Source of the DNA: Marsupella aquatica
Lineage: Eukaryota > Plantae > Marchantiophyta
Assembly (NCBI GenBank): GCA_973895155.1
Contig: OZ316894.1
Coordinates: forward strand, 8,518,234 to 8,582,233
Length of the DNA stretch: 64,000 nucleotides
Direction: 5' to 3'
Part shown: positions 51,301 to 64,000 of the stretch, piece after piece
Numbering within the stretch: the stretch's first letter is position 1
Layout of the letters: the number at the start of each line of letters is the position of its first letter
Notes under the pieces: model-generated
The model's database searches: none
What the model was told of the DNA's origin: nothing
The model's input: the letters and a program-made list of their open reading frames with translations, nothing else
Made by a program: the position numbers and the translations under genes

Positions 51301-53540
51301 TGAGAATTGGTCATGATAGCATTCTAATAATACACATTGACTGGCATCATGTTTCTATCCCTGGATGACACAATGTTGTGATCGATGACCCAACTACAAA
51401 GTCCTTTGGGAATGTTGGGTAGACAAAAAGGCACACGAATTACACAATGTTCACACTCCATGTTACGACTCAGAGAAAGTTACGGCTTTTGGTCAGCAGC
51501 CGCAACAATTTCTTATGGAAACCAATTTTGGCCTCCTGCAAAAATGGCCATGCCCATAACTCAGTCCTTATGGCCAACTTGTAACTCGTTACAGCCGTGC
51601 TGTGAGACAGCCTATTGGGTCGACATAGACTTGGCCACGTACAGGCCATGTTTGTATACCATTATAGCTCACTAGACTGGTATAGTTTTGTACTTTCATG
51701 AGGGCAGATCAATGGCCCAAAACAGTTCGTCAACATAGAAACAAATTTGATCAAACGGGGCTTGATATAGTTTGCCTGTCTGGTGCAGGCCCCTTGTAGG
51801 GCTCAGACCCCAACTTACCTGGGGTCCAGCTATAGAGCTCTCCACTTGGTAACGTACTGTCATCACTTACTAGCTCCTCAAGATTACATCTGGATCTCAA
51901 GCTATGGTCCATTGCCCCCAGACAGTAATAAAGGCACAGCAAATGAGCCTGAGCCATAGAAATGGTTTGTTGGGACCAACCATCCCGGGGTGCAACTCAA
52001 GTTGGAAGTCAACCAATTTCCCCTAATTATGCTTGATGGTGCACTTTAAACCAACAGTGAGTGTTTTAAGGTAATAAGTATTATTTTCAGTTTCCTAATG
52101 CTGTTTTTATGGTCATCTGGTAATCACTTTGTTATCTCAAGTCTGTTTGAGCTGAGAATTTTGTTGTTGCTACCTAGTTTAGGAACTTACTAACTAAACA
52201 ATTTGAAGAAAAATAGATGTCCCAAACTTTCTCAAGACTTTCATGAAACCAATCAGATGAAAGAGATTGAAGGGAAACAAATTAAAGAGGAAAGAGTGAC
52301 TTAGGATTGGGGGACAAAGCAAGAAAGAAAACGGGAGGGAAGTCAAGGGTGGGCAAGGAGGGGAAAGGCCATTTAGATCACAAGTTTCCATTTAGTTGAG
52401 CTTTTGCTAGACTTCAATCCTAATTGGTAATTATTCACTTTTTAGTTGAGCTTTTGTTAAGCTTCAATCACTAATTATCCACTTTTGTTGAGTTTTAGGT
52501 TAGAGGTAGCCACTAAGTATTGAAATTTGGTATTTTCATAGCTTGATTGGATTGAAGTCTAGTAGTGAGGCAATCTAGCAGAGTTTATTTGCATGAAATG
52601 CATTAGGAAACCCAACAAGGAAGACAGCCAGCAGAAACCAAAAGGCAGGACCCATTCATTACGGACCCCATGATATATATTATTAAATTTATGGAAAGCC
52701 TTAGGGACAGCCATCAGATATTCAAAGATCTGGTGAACCAACTACACCCAATTGCAGATTTTGGAGAATTTTGTTAAATATATACCTGTTTTCCTTATTT
52801 TTCTTTGTATCATTTAACCAGGATCTAGAGAAGGGAAAGTTTTGGCACTATTTTTGCTATTTAAAAAATCACTGTCAACAACAGTTCCTACCGTAGTGTG
52901 TGTCATGCTGTCTTGTGGAAATAGTAGCCCCGACTACCCGTTCCTTGAACGTGAATAATGGAGAGTACAATAAAAGTGCTATCAAAATATATTTTCTATT
53001 CATATTTTTTGAAGGTTAACCAAATGACAAAAAACCCATCATTTTAATAATCATATATAATATATCCTCAGTCTTTGTATGCACATCCTTCTTTTTATGC
53101 ACATATGTTGTGGTTAGGCCATAGTGCCCATTTTTTGAATATAAATACTTTCAAATTATCACCAAAAATTGCATGTATAAGTGGAAGTTAAGTGTTAGGG
53201 TTTTAGTTATGGACCCCACTAGAGATCCCTTCCAAAATTCCTGGCACCACAGCCTGCCATGTCAACAACAACCGCAACAAACAAGACTCGTCGGTTTTGT
53301 GAATCAAACTTATAGTTTTCATTCGTGTTTGTGTCAATTTGGGTGTAAATTTTGGGACGCCGTGCCATAAAAAGAAAAGTAAAAACATTGAAAATGCAAA
53401 GAGCAAGACGGTTAAAACAGTCACTATGTAATCGTTTTAGCTACATTTCCAATTTTAAAACTTCAATTCAAAGATTTATAAAAAGTATTTTTCATATAAT
53501 AAATAATGACTAATAATTAACTTGATAACTTCCTTGTTAA

Positions 53541-54010
53541 ACCGCAACTCCGGGTATGTAAGGACCTCTCGTATTGTACGGCCATTAATGCTGGGAAGAG
53601 CACATAGAAACCCAGGATCGGGGAGGAGGAATGGCTGGAATCTTGAAAGTTCATCAAATTTTATGCTCAAAACTATTTACTCATTCTCAAAACAAAAAAA
53701 TACCCAGTCGTAGATCTCATTGAGATCTTTCTTTTGCACCCTAGATCGCCTTCTAACATGGATGAATAAGATTTCTAGAGGCATTACAAAATGGACGACA
53801 AAGATCGTAATATCAACAAAATCGACGGCTAGGAAGGCTTGGATTTGTTTAATTTTTCATTTGAAAAATATTAACCCATTTGCAAAACGGACAGAACCCA
53901 TCCATAGATCTATTTGAGATCTTTCTTTTGAGCCATAGATTGGTCATTATGATGGTCGAACGAGATTTCCGGAGATAAGAAATGGAGACGGCTCAGATCG
54001 ACTCTTCTCC
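53541..54010. mobile_element. Partial copy of the TTAA-flanked MITE family (left part)
   Basis: TTAA|ACCGCAACTCCGGGTAT, then long colinear similarity to 32075-32540 (e.g. GAGATCTTTCTTTTGCACCCTAGATCGCCTTCTAA). Confidence 0.8.
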
Positions 54011-54122
54011 CTGATTTTATTAGCCAAGGGGTCCAAGAACTAATTAAGTGTTAGTTTCCTTACAAAAATTAATTTTAATAAATATTTGAATGATCTCTTT
54101 TGACCTTGTTAGGGGGTGGCTA

Positions 54123-54598
54123 CACTGATTACCGTAATTAATCTCACACACAGTATTTGGGAACAAAGGTTTTTGAAAGCTGTCACCGTAATTAATGTGT
54201 GTGAGACTATATAAGAAGTGAGACTAAATACATGTTATTATAAATTAGAGTAAGTGAGATTATTTTTGGTGACACTCAAATAGTGTGTGATGAACACATA
54301 TTATGTATATAGCTTATGAAAAGTAAAATATTTCTAGTAGTAAGATATATTTGCGATGGCATATAAAATTAAAAATGAATGTCAATTGAAATTCAGATTT
54401 CATTAAAGTATGATGAAATGACAACCAGGTTATAAATACAATCAAAATCAAATTAGAACGGATGACAATAGACTGAACTCTCTACTTGTACTAATATTTA
54501 TATTTTTTCAGATTTGTAGTCACACCTTGATTAGTGTGTGTGATACTATTTATGCAGGGAGACTATATAAGTTATGATACTAATTACGGTAAACAGTG
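54123..54598. mobile_element. 476-bp MITE with 18-bp TIRs and TA TSD
   Basis: TA|CACTGATTACCGTAATTA ... TAATTACGGTAAACAGTG|TA. Confidence 0.88.
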
Positions 54599-55459
54599 TA
54601 GTTGTAACCCTTAACGTTGTTTTTTTAGGGGTGCAATAGTTATGTTCAAATCCACCGACAAGTGGGTGGGGTAAAGCACCCGTACGGTACATGTTTTGGT
54701 GTGCTGGAAACCTACTTTTGAATGATTCGTATGATCTCTCCTTGGGTTATTTTTTGTTCAGTAATAAAAAACCAATAACCATAACAAGTGGCCAGCATGA
54801 TAGAGACCACTCGTCAGCAGATAGACATGTATTTCATCCCTGGTTGGGGGCCCATCATCATCAAAAGTGCCCCACTGTGAAGTTTAAAAAACCAAACAAT
54901 TGTGTTTTGAAACAGCAACAGATACTGTAAACAAAACATTTCAGGAACAGACCCATACGACTGTAGCTGACCCTTGTTGGAATCGGGGTTGGAAATTTGG
55001 AATCATTGTAGCAGCAGATCCTTCCTCACCTCATTGGAGGAGCGAACCCATGTTCTACTACTTTGATCAATGGACTCATAAATGCTCGATGCCAGATGCT
55101 CGTGCCAAATGCTCAGGTTTTAGTAACAGGCCTAATATGATTGGCTAATTTTAGCTGATATCCCAGTCTCAGTTGATTTTAGCTCTGCTTCGACGTCCCC
55201 ATGCTGGCTTTTTTTTTTACATTTCAAGGTTCATTTCTTAGATGTGAAATCAAATGGCTGAAATTGAGACTCATCTACAGGGACCATTTTCATGGCAACA
55301 GTGGATACTCATTGCAACAGTGGTATGGGATTTCACGAGTGTGGTCCCCAATGCTAAAAATCAGGACCCTGAGCCAGAGTTTGAGCTAGTTTTACAACAA
55401 CAAAAACTGGTTCTGAATTTGTTCAATTCGCCAAGTATATGGACTGATTTATTTTATAT

Positions 55460-56800
55460 TTCTTGGGTCTCTCCCCACGAGCTTCTTGGGCGCGTGGGCG
55501 GCCGCCTTCTCATTGTTGGCAGATCGTTTCCTTACTGAGGATCGACCTTTTTTACTTTCATCTCTCATGGAGGTCGAGGAGGGTTCCCTCCCATTTCAGG
55601 TTCATTTGCGCACGGCTCGGTCATCATTACCCGATCCTGTTCGAGCTGCGTTACCTTCATTCCAGGAGTTTTTATCCTTGGACCCCGTCCGTCTTCAGGC
55701 AGACCTTGCTGGGCGTATGCACGCATTCACCCTCTCCAGCATCCTCACCGAGGCACCTGACACGGACCGAGCTCGGATTCTTTCTTCCGGAGGGAAGGGC
55801 GCAGGAGGCTGGCTTCAGGCCAATCCAGTCATTCCTCACCTGCGGATGTCTTCAGCGGAGTTTGCGACAGCCATGCGTCTTCGTATGGGCTTGCCCCACC
55901 CACTTCTTGCTGGTTTACCTCCTACTTGCACTTGTGGGAAGCCTTGTGATGCCACAGGTGTCCATCTTCTTCGATGCAGTTTGGGCGGCGAAACCATTTT
56001 TGTTCACGACGCTGTGAGAGATGCGACTGCTCAGGTTCTCTCTGGCTCTTTGGTCTGCGCGCGGCGGGAGGTGGTGCTCGAGTTACCTGGTCCTCCATCA
56101 CAGCGGTTACGGGTGGATCTTACCATGGTCCGTGACGGTCACCGTACTTTGGCAGATGTAGTGGTGGCAAACCCATTGCGCCAAGACATCATTGGGACAG
56201 CGGCAACAACGGCAGGGGCAGCAGCATCACGAGCAGCACAAACGAAGGAGGCCAAATATGCTGCACGAGCTTCATCTGATAGCTTCCTGCCCCTTGCTCT
56301 TGAGATATTTGGGCGTCTTCATCATCAGTTCGACGGGCTTCTTCGCCAAGCTGCTCGGGATGTTCACGGCCGGATGGGTCCCACCGGGCCCCCGCTATCT
56401 GTTTTGACCACGCACTTTCGCCAACGCATTTCAGTCACCTTACAGCGTGCTCAAGCTCGGGCCGTCTATCGTCGATCTCTGACAGTGGGTGCTAGTGTGA
56501 CTCCGCAGCGGCTAGCCCCCCTAGAGGACATTCCTGTCCCACTTGCCGATCTAGTTTCGACACTTGATGTAGACCACTAGCTTGTAGCCACATTTGCTAG
56601 GTATGATGAGGACCTCGGTCCATTTGCGGTAGTTTTAGTTACTCTTTCTTGGTTTTTAGGGGTTTCCTTTTGCTCACTTCTTTTAGTTCCTCTTTCTTGG
56701 TTTTTAGGGTTTCCTTTTGCTCACTTCTTTTGCGTTTGGTTTTGTCCACTTGGGACCTCTCTTGTTTATTCTTTTGTACTCTATTTGGCCTTTTTCTATA
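55460..56800 (+). mobile_element. 5'-truncated CRE-clade (RLE-type) non-LTR retrotransposon; open 364-aa C-terminal ORF at 55486-56580
   Basis: GAGGWLQANP...MRLRMG, zinc finger CTCGKPCDATGVHLLRC, HDAVRD, RVD..LADVVV, KEAKY, PLALEIFG, RISVTLQRAQA. T-rich 3' UTR with a 49-bp duplication. Confidence 0.82.
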
Positions 56801-59556
56801 TAAAGTATGTGTATATTCTCCTTTGGCATGTCTCCTGGTCACACGCTTTTTGTTCATTGGCAGCGTAAAAAATATGTAATATGAGCCAAGCTTGACTTCC
56901 ATTCCGAGATTGGCCCTCAATTCTTTTAAAACCTGATTGAATGATCAATCACCTGCTCTCTCCCGAATTCGCAGTCCCCTACCGGATCGAAAGGCTGCGT
57001 GTAAAGGTCCGAGTCTAACGGTAGATCCTGACCGTATATAATCTTTATAAATAAACGATAGCTATACAGTATGATTCGGCTCCAAGGTCTTCGTCTTCTT
57101 CCTAATGTGGCGCGGTCCGTCATTCCGCCTCCTTGACCGCGACAAAGGATCTTCATTTTAATTATTATTATTAGCCCCTGTGTCGTTGCGTCCTCTCTGA
57201 ATATCACGCAGTCAATTCTCGTTTGGTTACTGTCTGACACACATACGGCCAAGATCTATTTCTGGACAACTACCAAGTTCCAGCCGTCAGATTCGCACTA
57301 CTGTAAGGGGGCTAGACAGTCCGCGAGCTCGGTCCAAGTGGCGGTTCAGCGGGCTGATTGGCCCCTCCTCGTTCGGGTCGGTCCGGTCCTGTCCGTCAGT
57401 CCCCTATTGGCCATGAATAGAATAATGGCTGTTCGGTTTGACTCGTGCGCGCACTTTTGTTCTTTTGTATAACAGGCTGATAGTAAGGGACAGGTGTCTT
57501 CTGGCCAGGGTGTGAAGGAGCCACCTACAATCATCACTGGACCCTTCCACGGGGCAGTACCAGCTTCGGAACCGGTAAGACCGGTGGTATCCGAAGTCCT
57601 CCTCACCAAACTCGGAAAGAAAGCCGGTCTCACGGTCATCGGGATGCGTTCGGGCCTGGGAGAGGGGCGGGTTCCATGGCGGGAGTGTCAAGCCTTCTCC
57701 CGTCGGTGAACACGGAGGCCAGTGGCTCTGTTTGGAGTCCGTGAAAGATGCACATGCATTGATCCTTGTTAGATTGGTGGTGTGCTCCCCAGTAGAAATA
57801 GAGGTGTGCTTTATGCATATTGAGATGGCAATAGTCCAAGAACCCACCCAAACTGACCTCTTGTCTGGGAATGGTGTGTTTGTACCTTCAAATTTATTAT
57901 ACACATGGATTTGGATGTGTCTTTTTCCTGGTGTTGTTGAGAATTGAAGCCTAGATAGCTGGCTGGTTTGGTGACCACCTTTCTTGCTAAAACTGACACT
58001 CAAATAGTTTCTATTTGGGCGGTGACCTCTAATCAGATGAGCAGGAAATGGCTTCATGAGAATAAAGTTTGACACTCTCCTCATATCAGCACACCCTAGC
58101 AACTTTAGGAACTCTCCCATTCCCCCAGATCAGGTAATTGATCTTCAAAGTGAATAGCCCAACATCTTATTTTGCCTCAAAGATTCTAAATACCTTGAGT
58201 GATTTTATAAAGATGGCCTCAACTGTCCTCATATCAACACATTGTAAATTGGGCATGGGGACCAATTGGCTTTGGTCAATTGACTAGAGGATGAGCCTAG
58301 AACCGAGAGGTCCCAGTTCAATCTTCCCTCCGCACGCAAGGGGTGTGGAGGGTATGTGTGTGGGTGGGGTGTAGTGGTGGGAGTATTGATTATCCCCTCA
58401 GCTCTTGGCTGTCCGCTTTGGGGTTCTGGTTGAATCCTCTCTCTCCCTCCTGGTCTGGGTCCCTGTCGGATCCCGGGGTATTGTCCCCTTATGGCTACCC
58501 TACATAGAAATGCATACTCCAGAAAGAGATGTCTATACTTTGTTGGATGGGCCTGCTTTCTATTTTCAAGGCAAAAAAAAATTGGGGCATGGGACAAAGG
58601 TTACCCTATGCAGCCAGTTTTGGAAGTCCCTACTATTTCCATAATCTACTCTTGGAAAGTCATGGTCATTAGCTGATTCCATATTGAATTTACATATTAT
58701 AATGAAGCTCTGGACTAAGATTCTAGTGTGAACCTTGCTCCAGGAATGCTCCAAAAAACATTGTCGGCTACAACCGGTCAACTTTTTTGGTCACAGCATT
58801 CCAGCATAGTAACCCTCTGCCCAGACTCATTATCCTATACATAGCGGTTTAGAAACTCTAGCCAATCCCAGAGATTGGGCAACAGGTCTTTGAAGTGAAC
58901 GGCCGAGATCTTACTTCCCCTCCAAGATTCCCAAAAGCTTCCGAGTGATTCGGAAAGGATGGCTTGAAGAGAAGAACATTGCGGCCAGGAATGCCAGCCT
59001 TGCGGAGTGCCCCTTTTATAACGCGGGAGGACCTTGGGACCTGAGACTTGTGTCCGTCGCCCTCTTTTCTTTTATTTCCGTTCTTCGTCGTCTTCTGAAG
59101 AAGTCGGTCGGTCGCTGGGTCGCTCGGTCTTCTCCGCTCCATGCAGAAGGTCCGGTCCACCTGGACTGCTGGAGCGAGGGGAAGAAGAAAACCTTTGTGC
59201 AGTTCGGTCGCACCTCCAACACCGTCCTCGAGGGCCCCATGTGATTTGTGACTCGTATGTAACGGAGCTGGCATGTGCAATGCAGACTGTATGAGAGAAG
59301 CTTTCTGGGATTCCAGACGAGGAAGGTTGAACTATCTGCGATCGCTGGATTGGCTGGCTTTACCGGCAGGCGCCCGAGGAGGACGAAGGGAGAAATGAGT
59401 ACACAGCATAATAGTTGTGTGTGATCGATAACATTTATGAGAGCTATTCGTGGGGTGGGGGTGCTGCGGGGCGGCGAAGCTATTGATTTCTCTTTCGCTC
59501 TTTGGAGCAACAATTCAGGTTTTACTGATAGAAGGAGTCGGTTGGATTAGGAAGCG

Positions 59557-61038
59557 ATGGAGCACTCTGGTCCCGTCGTGCCGAGTCGGGCGAGTGATGG
59601 GAAGGTAGCGGGGTCGGATGTGATGGAAATCGACACGCAGCAGCAGTGCAGGCCGAGGAACATCGACGAATTGCTTCCGGAGGCAATGTTAATGGAGGTT
59701 CTGTCTCGGCTGCCGGACGCACGGGATTTGGCTCGGTGCGCTTTGGTAAACCACTTCTTTCGGTCCAGTTCTACGCAGGTGACGGCCGTGCGATTTACGT
59801 GTAGGCAGGCAAATATGGCTCCTCGGGAAGGAGGGATGGTGGTGACTCAGTTCAAGGATACTGTGACTAGTGTGCTAGGTCGGCTCAATGGCGTGGAGGA
59901 GCTGCGGCTGGAGATCGGGGAGAACATTCAGGGCAAGAAGTATAAGCAAGCTGAACTCGACAAGACCAGCCTTTGGCTAAGCGAGAGGTCATTCGTTTCG
60001 AAGTGGGTTCCGTTTGTAAGCAGGACATTACAGCATCTCTGTCTTGTCGATTACGGCCAGCAGGCCATCTTCAAACCCTCTCCACTTCTCCAGACCCTGA
60101 GCTCTCTGTGCCCAAACTTGCAGACTCTTGAAGTTCGCAATATGTACTTAGATTGCAGAGATTGCCAGATCATGCCGAAGATGAAGAGCGTGACACTGAG
60201 ATGTGTCAAATTGTCCGAGGCTGGATTGAAGGACATCGGCAAGTGTATGCCGAACTTGGTGTTTCTGACCCTGGTGACCGTGGTAGGACTCAAGGAGGCG
60301 GAGATCAAGTCGGACATATTGGAGGTGCTATGCTTGGGGTTAGCCACAAAGGTGAGCTCTGTGAAATTGGAGTCAAAGTCTCTGGTCAAGTTGCAGTTGA
60401 AGATGCAATGCCCAGAGAAGGTTAAGGTCGTTTCTCCCAACCTCAAGAGCCTAGCTCTGTGCATGGGGCAAAACAGGACGCTGAAATTTGAGAAGGTGTC
60501 TGAGTTGAAGGAACTTCTCATGGGTGCATCTGAGTTTTCCACTTTGGCGGGGCTGACTGAAACGAACGCTTCCTTAGGGAAGGTGTTTCTGGATATCCCT
60601 TGTATGTCATTTGAAGAAGGTGGCAAGTGGAAAGGGGTGCTGCATCAAGTACCCCTGACTGTGCCCAACATGGAAGCCATTCGGATATCTTGTCCCAGGT
60701 TGGAGACCATGAGTCTCGGTCCTGGACTATGGTATTCTTTTGAGCAGAGCATGACCAACAGAGATTCGAACGGATATCTGGTTTTACCAAAGTGGCCGAC
60801 CCTCAAGCGGCTCATTCTCCACGTTATAGTGACAAACGTGGACACAAGTTTAGGTCTGCTTCGAGCGTTGATAAAGGCGATGCCCACACTCACAGTGGTT
60901 GAGGTGTATGTTCATGAAAGCAGTAGAGTCGATGCTGGAGAGTTCTGCCAACATCTGAAGCCGTTTTGCTCTCCAATGCCTGAGCTGAAATTTGACGGTT
61001 GGAAGAAGGGCTTGAAGTTTGGCTGCTTCAGCTTCTAG
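59557..61038 (+). CDS. F-box/LRR protein (At4g29420-like), single coding exon
   Basis: 493-aa ORF. N-terminal F-box IDELLPEAMLMEVLSRLPDARDLARCALVNHFF followed by LRR-like repeats (CPNLQTLEVRN, MPNLVFLTLVTVVGLKE). Confidence 0.92.
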   Translation: MEHSGPVVPSRASDGKVAGSDVMEIDTQQQCRPRNIDELLPEAMLMEVLSRLPDARDLARCALVNHFFRSSSTQVTAVRFTCRQANMAPREGGMVVTQFKDTVTSVLGRLNGVEELRLEIGENIQGKKYKQAELDKTSLWLSERSFVSKWVPFVSRTLQHLCLVDYGQQAIFKPSPLLQTLSSLCPNLQTLEVRNMYLDCRDCQIMPKMKSVTLRCVKLSEAGLKDIGKCMPNLVFLTLVTVVGLKEAEIKSDILEVLCLGLATKVSSVKLESKSLVKLQLKMQCPEKVKVVSPNLKSLALCMGQNRTLKFEKVSELKELLMGASEFSTLAGLTETNASLGKVFLDIPCMSFEEGGKWKGVLHQVPLTVPNMEAIRISCPRLETMSLGPGLWYSFEQSMTNRDSNGYLVLPKWPTLKRLILHVIVTNVDTSLGLLRALIKAMPTLTVVEVYVHESSRVDAGEFCQHLKPFCSPMPELKFDGWKKGLKFGCFSF

Positions 61039-64000
61039 TTCTCTCAGGAGATTACTCATCTTCTAGCTAATCCGGTAACAAACATTTCACCCGTGAAATT
61101 CTTTGGAGGCCTCGCAAGTTTTCTTGCTTGAACGTCAATTGGCCGGAAATGCCATCGGTTGAAGCTGCTCAAACAGACTCAGCGTCACTATACGGTGCCT
61201 TTAGCGTTACTTGTTGCTAGGGATGACCGTAATCTCGCAGAGTTGTAACATTCAAGGTATCGATTGTATGGCGCTTTGTCCCCGATGAGGCAAATTTGAG
61301 GCGGAACCTTGTTAGTTTATGTTTGAAGAAGAAAGGATGCCTCGTGCAAACAGGCGAAACCTTTCGATCCAGCTTTCGCTTAATTAAGAATGGATGCCCC
61401 TTGCACACAAGACCGGCTGAGTTAAGTTTGGGATCTGTTCTCATTTGCTGCACAGACAGCAGCAAGAAAACTTAAGTTAGCGATGGTGATCTTCAGCTCT
61501 GGAGGCCGACCTGATTTTTTGTCGTCTTCATCGCGGGAATTGGCTTTTCTATGAGAGGCGCCGATATGTCGATTGACATACGGCGGGGCTACGATTGCCG
61601 TCCGACAGGAGGACCTCCTGGGTGGGCAAGGCGGAAGGAACAGGAAGAACCCTGCTATCCGGCACCGGCACCAATACCGCTGGTTGCACTGAAGCTACGT
61701 GCTATGAGTTCTGCTTGACCTTGACCTTGACCTTGTTTAAGAAACGAATGGCCTAGACGCTCAAATATCTGAAAGAATCGAGAAACAGGTGGGTCCTACT
61801 ACTTACTAGAGATAGACCTTGAGTCGGTCGGATGGATTGGATGCTCATTGGAAGCGAAGATCCACTTGAAGTACACACGATGCTTTCCACCTTGGGCTTT
61901 ACCAGTACTAAAGCTTAGCTGTTCCTTTCTAGGTTGTACATCCCACGCACGAGCTCTGGTAGAGTGTAGAACAATTCGTGTATTTGACATAGATTCTCAT
62001 CGATTATTTCTTCCTTTCCAGCCATTCACGGAATGGGAAGGTTGCTTACTGTCTTCGCAACTGGAAAAATCTTTAAAGAAAGATCAAATTCTTCAAAAGT
62101 CCTTTCTCTTGCAACTCTGTCTACTCACTCTGCTACTGTTTCTGTGGATGTGCGTTTGGTAATCAATTTACTGTATGTCTTGTTCCTCCCGGGTTCTGAA
62201 CATGCGTTAACATTTTTAATTTATTAAGATGGGAATCTTGCATTTCAGTTCGGTCATCGCACTCACCTTGGAGAAAGTCTACAGTGCTGTTACACGTGTT
62301 TGGAATGGTCAAATTGCCGGCTGCGTTGTCAATGTTCCTGTGTCGTAGTATATGTACTTGTGCTGAGCTCCTTGTGTTGTTTGCGATGCAATTGCATGGT
62401 CTTTGGGCTCCCACATGGATCTGGATGTTCGCAGGGACTGAAATTCCATGATATTTGCTTGACACTCCTCACTACTGCCCGTAACAGGCCGGCTGGTGTG
62501 ATCACAAAAGGTCTCGTCCGGCCCCAGCCCCGTCCTATTCTGGATGACCCCATCGTTTCACAGTCGAAATTGTCGACTGGAAAAAGCCCTCGTGGCTAAT
62601 GGGTCGTTTCTGGGAAAGCTTGTAACTCCCCTTTACACCATGATCTTGTTCAACGCCGTTGAAAAAACTTACCAGCGCTTCTCTCTCGTTTGCGACGCAG
62701 GATTGACTTGGGAGCGAAGAATCCCCCTAGTCTTTCCGTTAGCTCTGTCGGTGAGCGGACACCGCCACACACCATTTGCAGAAGAGTCACGAATCTGAGG
62801 ACATGCCCAGAAGTGAAAACTGTACACTGACCACCCGAGTCACCGCCACGAATCCGCCCTATAATATTGTTGATCAGAACAGAGGGCGGAGTGACGTAAG
62901 AGCATCAGTAACGTGTCGCCGAAGAGCACCCGTCGTTCTCTATTGACGGGTGCATTTGTGGGTGAGTACGTTTGTGGGTGAGGGATTTGCTTGACTACCC
63001 GAAAATGAAATAATTATGTTGTTTGATAGGACCCCTGAGTGATACACACGGGTGATTGACCTTGAATCTAGGATCCCTGAGTGATCCACTGATCCACAGC
63101 ATTGATTGACCTTGAATTAAACCTTGAATTAAAGTAAGTAAAACTTCAGGGTCTCTTTCAAATAACACATGTCATTTTGGGGTCCCATCTAGCAAATCCC
63201 TCTTTGTGGGTGGGCAAAGTCAGTTCACCTCGTGCATTAAAAGAGCCCAAGGCTCTGGGCTCGAGCCCTCAGGTCTTATTAGTCCTCTGCGTTCTGCTTA
63301 GCCTTGACGAGTTCAGGAAGTAAGAAATTGAGAGAATTCACATTTAAATCAAGTGTTGGGCTCTTCTCTGCGCTGTCCTGTGGAGTACTTTGGAGATGAC
63401 CAATTTCCCTTTTCTTGTGTACAGATTAGTCAAAATCCGTCCCCCAATACTAATTTAATTCACTATCCTTGTGAGGACTTTGGAAGTAGCCACTTTCCAC
63501 TTTCGTGTCTCCAAATTAGTCAAAAACTGGGCCCCCCAAACTAATTTAATTATCTCTCCTTTGAGTACCTTGGAGGTAGGTAACTATCCTTCACTTTCTT
63601 GTCTCTAAAACAGTCAAAACCTGAGCAAACTAATTTAATTATTATGTTGCCACCATTTTATATGAGGGTTGGCTTCGGTTGGCCCCCATGTTGTATAGGA
63701 GTTGGCTTTGACGCCACTGTCCTGAATCTATGGAAGAACAAAATAGTCACTTTTTGCACTTTTTCACTTCGTTAAGAAAATGGAGGAGTCAGCACGTATT
63801 GCTTTAAGGACCGTGGGCAGTTTAACCAGACTAGACTAAGCTGACATATATTGGTCAGGGAACATGTGGAGGCTCATAATTTGTACAAACTAACCCTCTC
63901 GCTCGGGCCATAAAAGTGAGAGACATGGCTGGACCAGAACACGATAGTTTTTACTCATAGACAATAGTCAACAGCCACCTTCCAGTGAGTGTCAGATGGG

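Noticed and set aside
56650-56712. TTTTAGGG motifs as an interstitial telomere
   Set aside because: Only two isolated copies within a 49-bp duplication; there is no tandem telomeric array.
57404-58120. 238-aa minus-strand ORF
   Set aside because: No recognisable domain or exon structure, so it cannot be supported as a gene.
60051-60893. Antisense and alternative-frame ORFs over the F-box gene
   Set aside because: Shadow ORFs of a real coding sequence.

Overview
Eukaryotic, intron-rich land-plant nuclear DNA. It is probably from a non-seed plant such as a liverwort; this is inferred from gene style and a nad2 NUMT that keeps the start of a group II intron. The first 29 kb is a precisely resolvable transposon nest. 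A 12-oxophytodienoate reductase (OPR) pseudogene is split by a Ty1/copia LTR element (2456-28125, TSD TACTG). The copia RT is split by a 19.9-kb CACTA element (4058-24000, TSD AAA). The CACTA contains an 8-bp-TSD MITE in its transposase and a young non-autonomous LTR element (19617-23601, identical 143-bp LTRs, TSD ATATA). Each of the three large elements carries a non-canonical passenger. The CACTA encodes an intact EDM2-like composite PHD-finger protein, the best candidate here for a novel TE-borne chromatin reader, plus an orphan Cys/His ORF. The inner LTR element carries a captured BBR/BPC GAGA-factor gene. The copia has an antisense F-box-like ORF next to its 3' LTR. The rest of the window holds a nad2 NUMT, intact YKT6, TMEM205-like and F-box/LRR genes, and a degenerate PIF/Harbinger. 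It also holds several copies of a CCCTGGGCCC-TIR family with 8-bp TSDs (possibly KDZ/Zisupton-related), TTAA- and TA-flanked MITEs, and a 5'-truncated CRE-type non-LTR element with a restriction-like endonuclease (RLE). All family assignments come from motif recognition by eye; no database searches were run.
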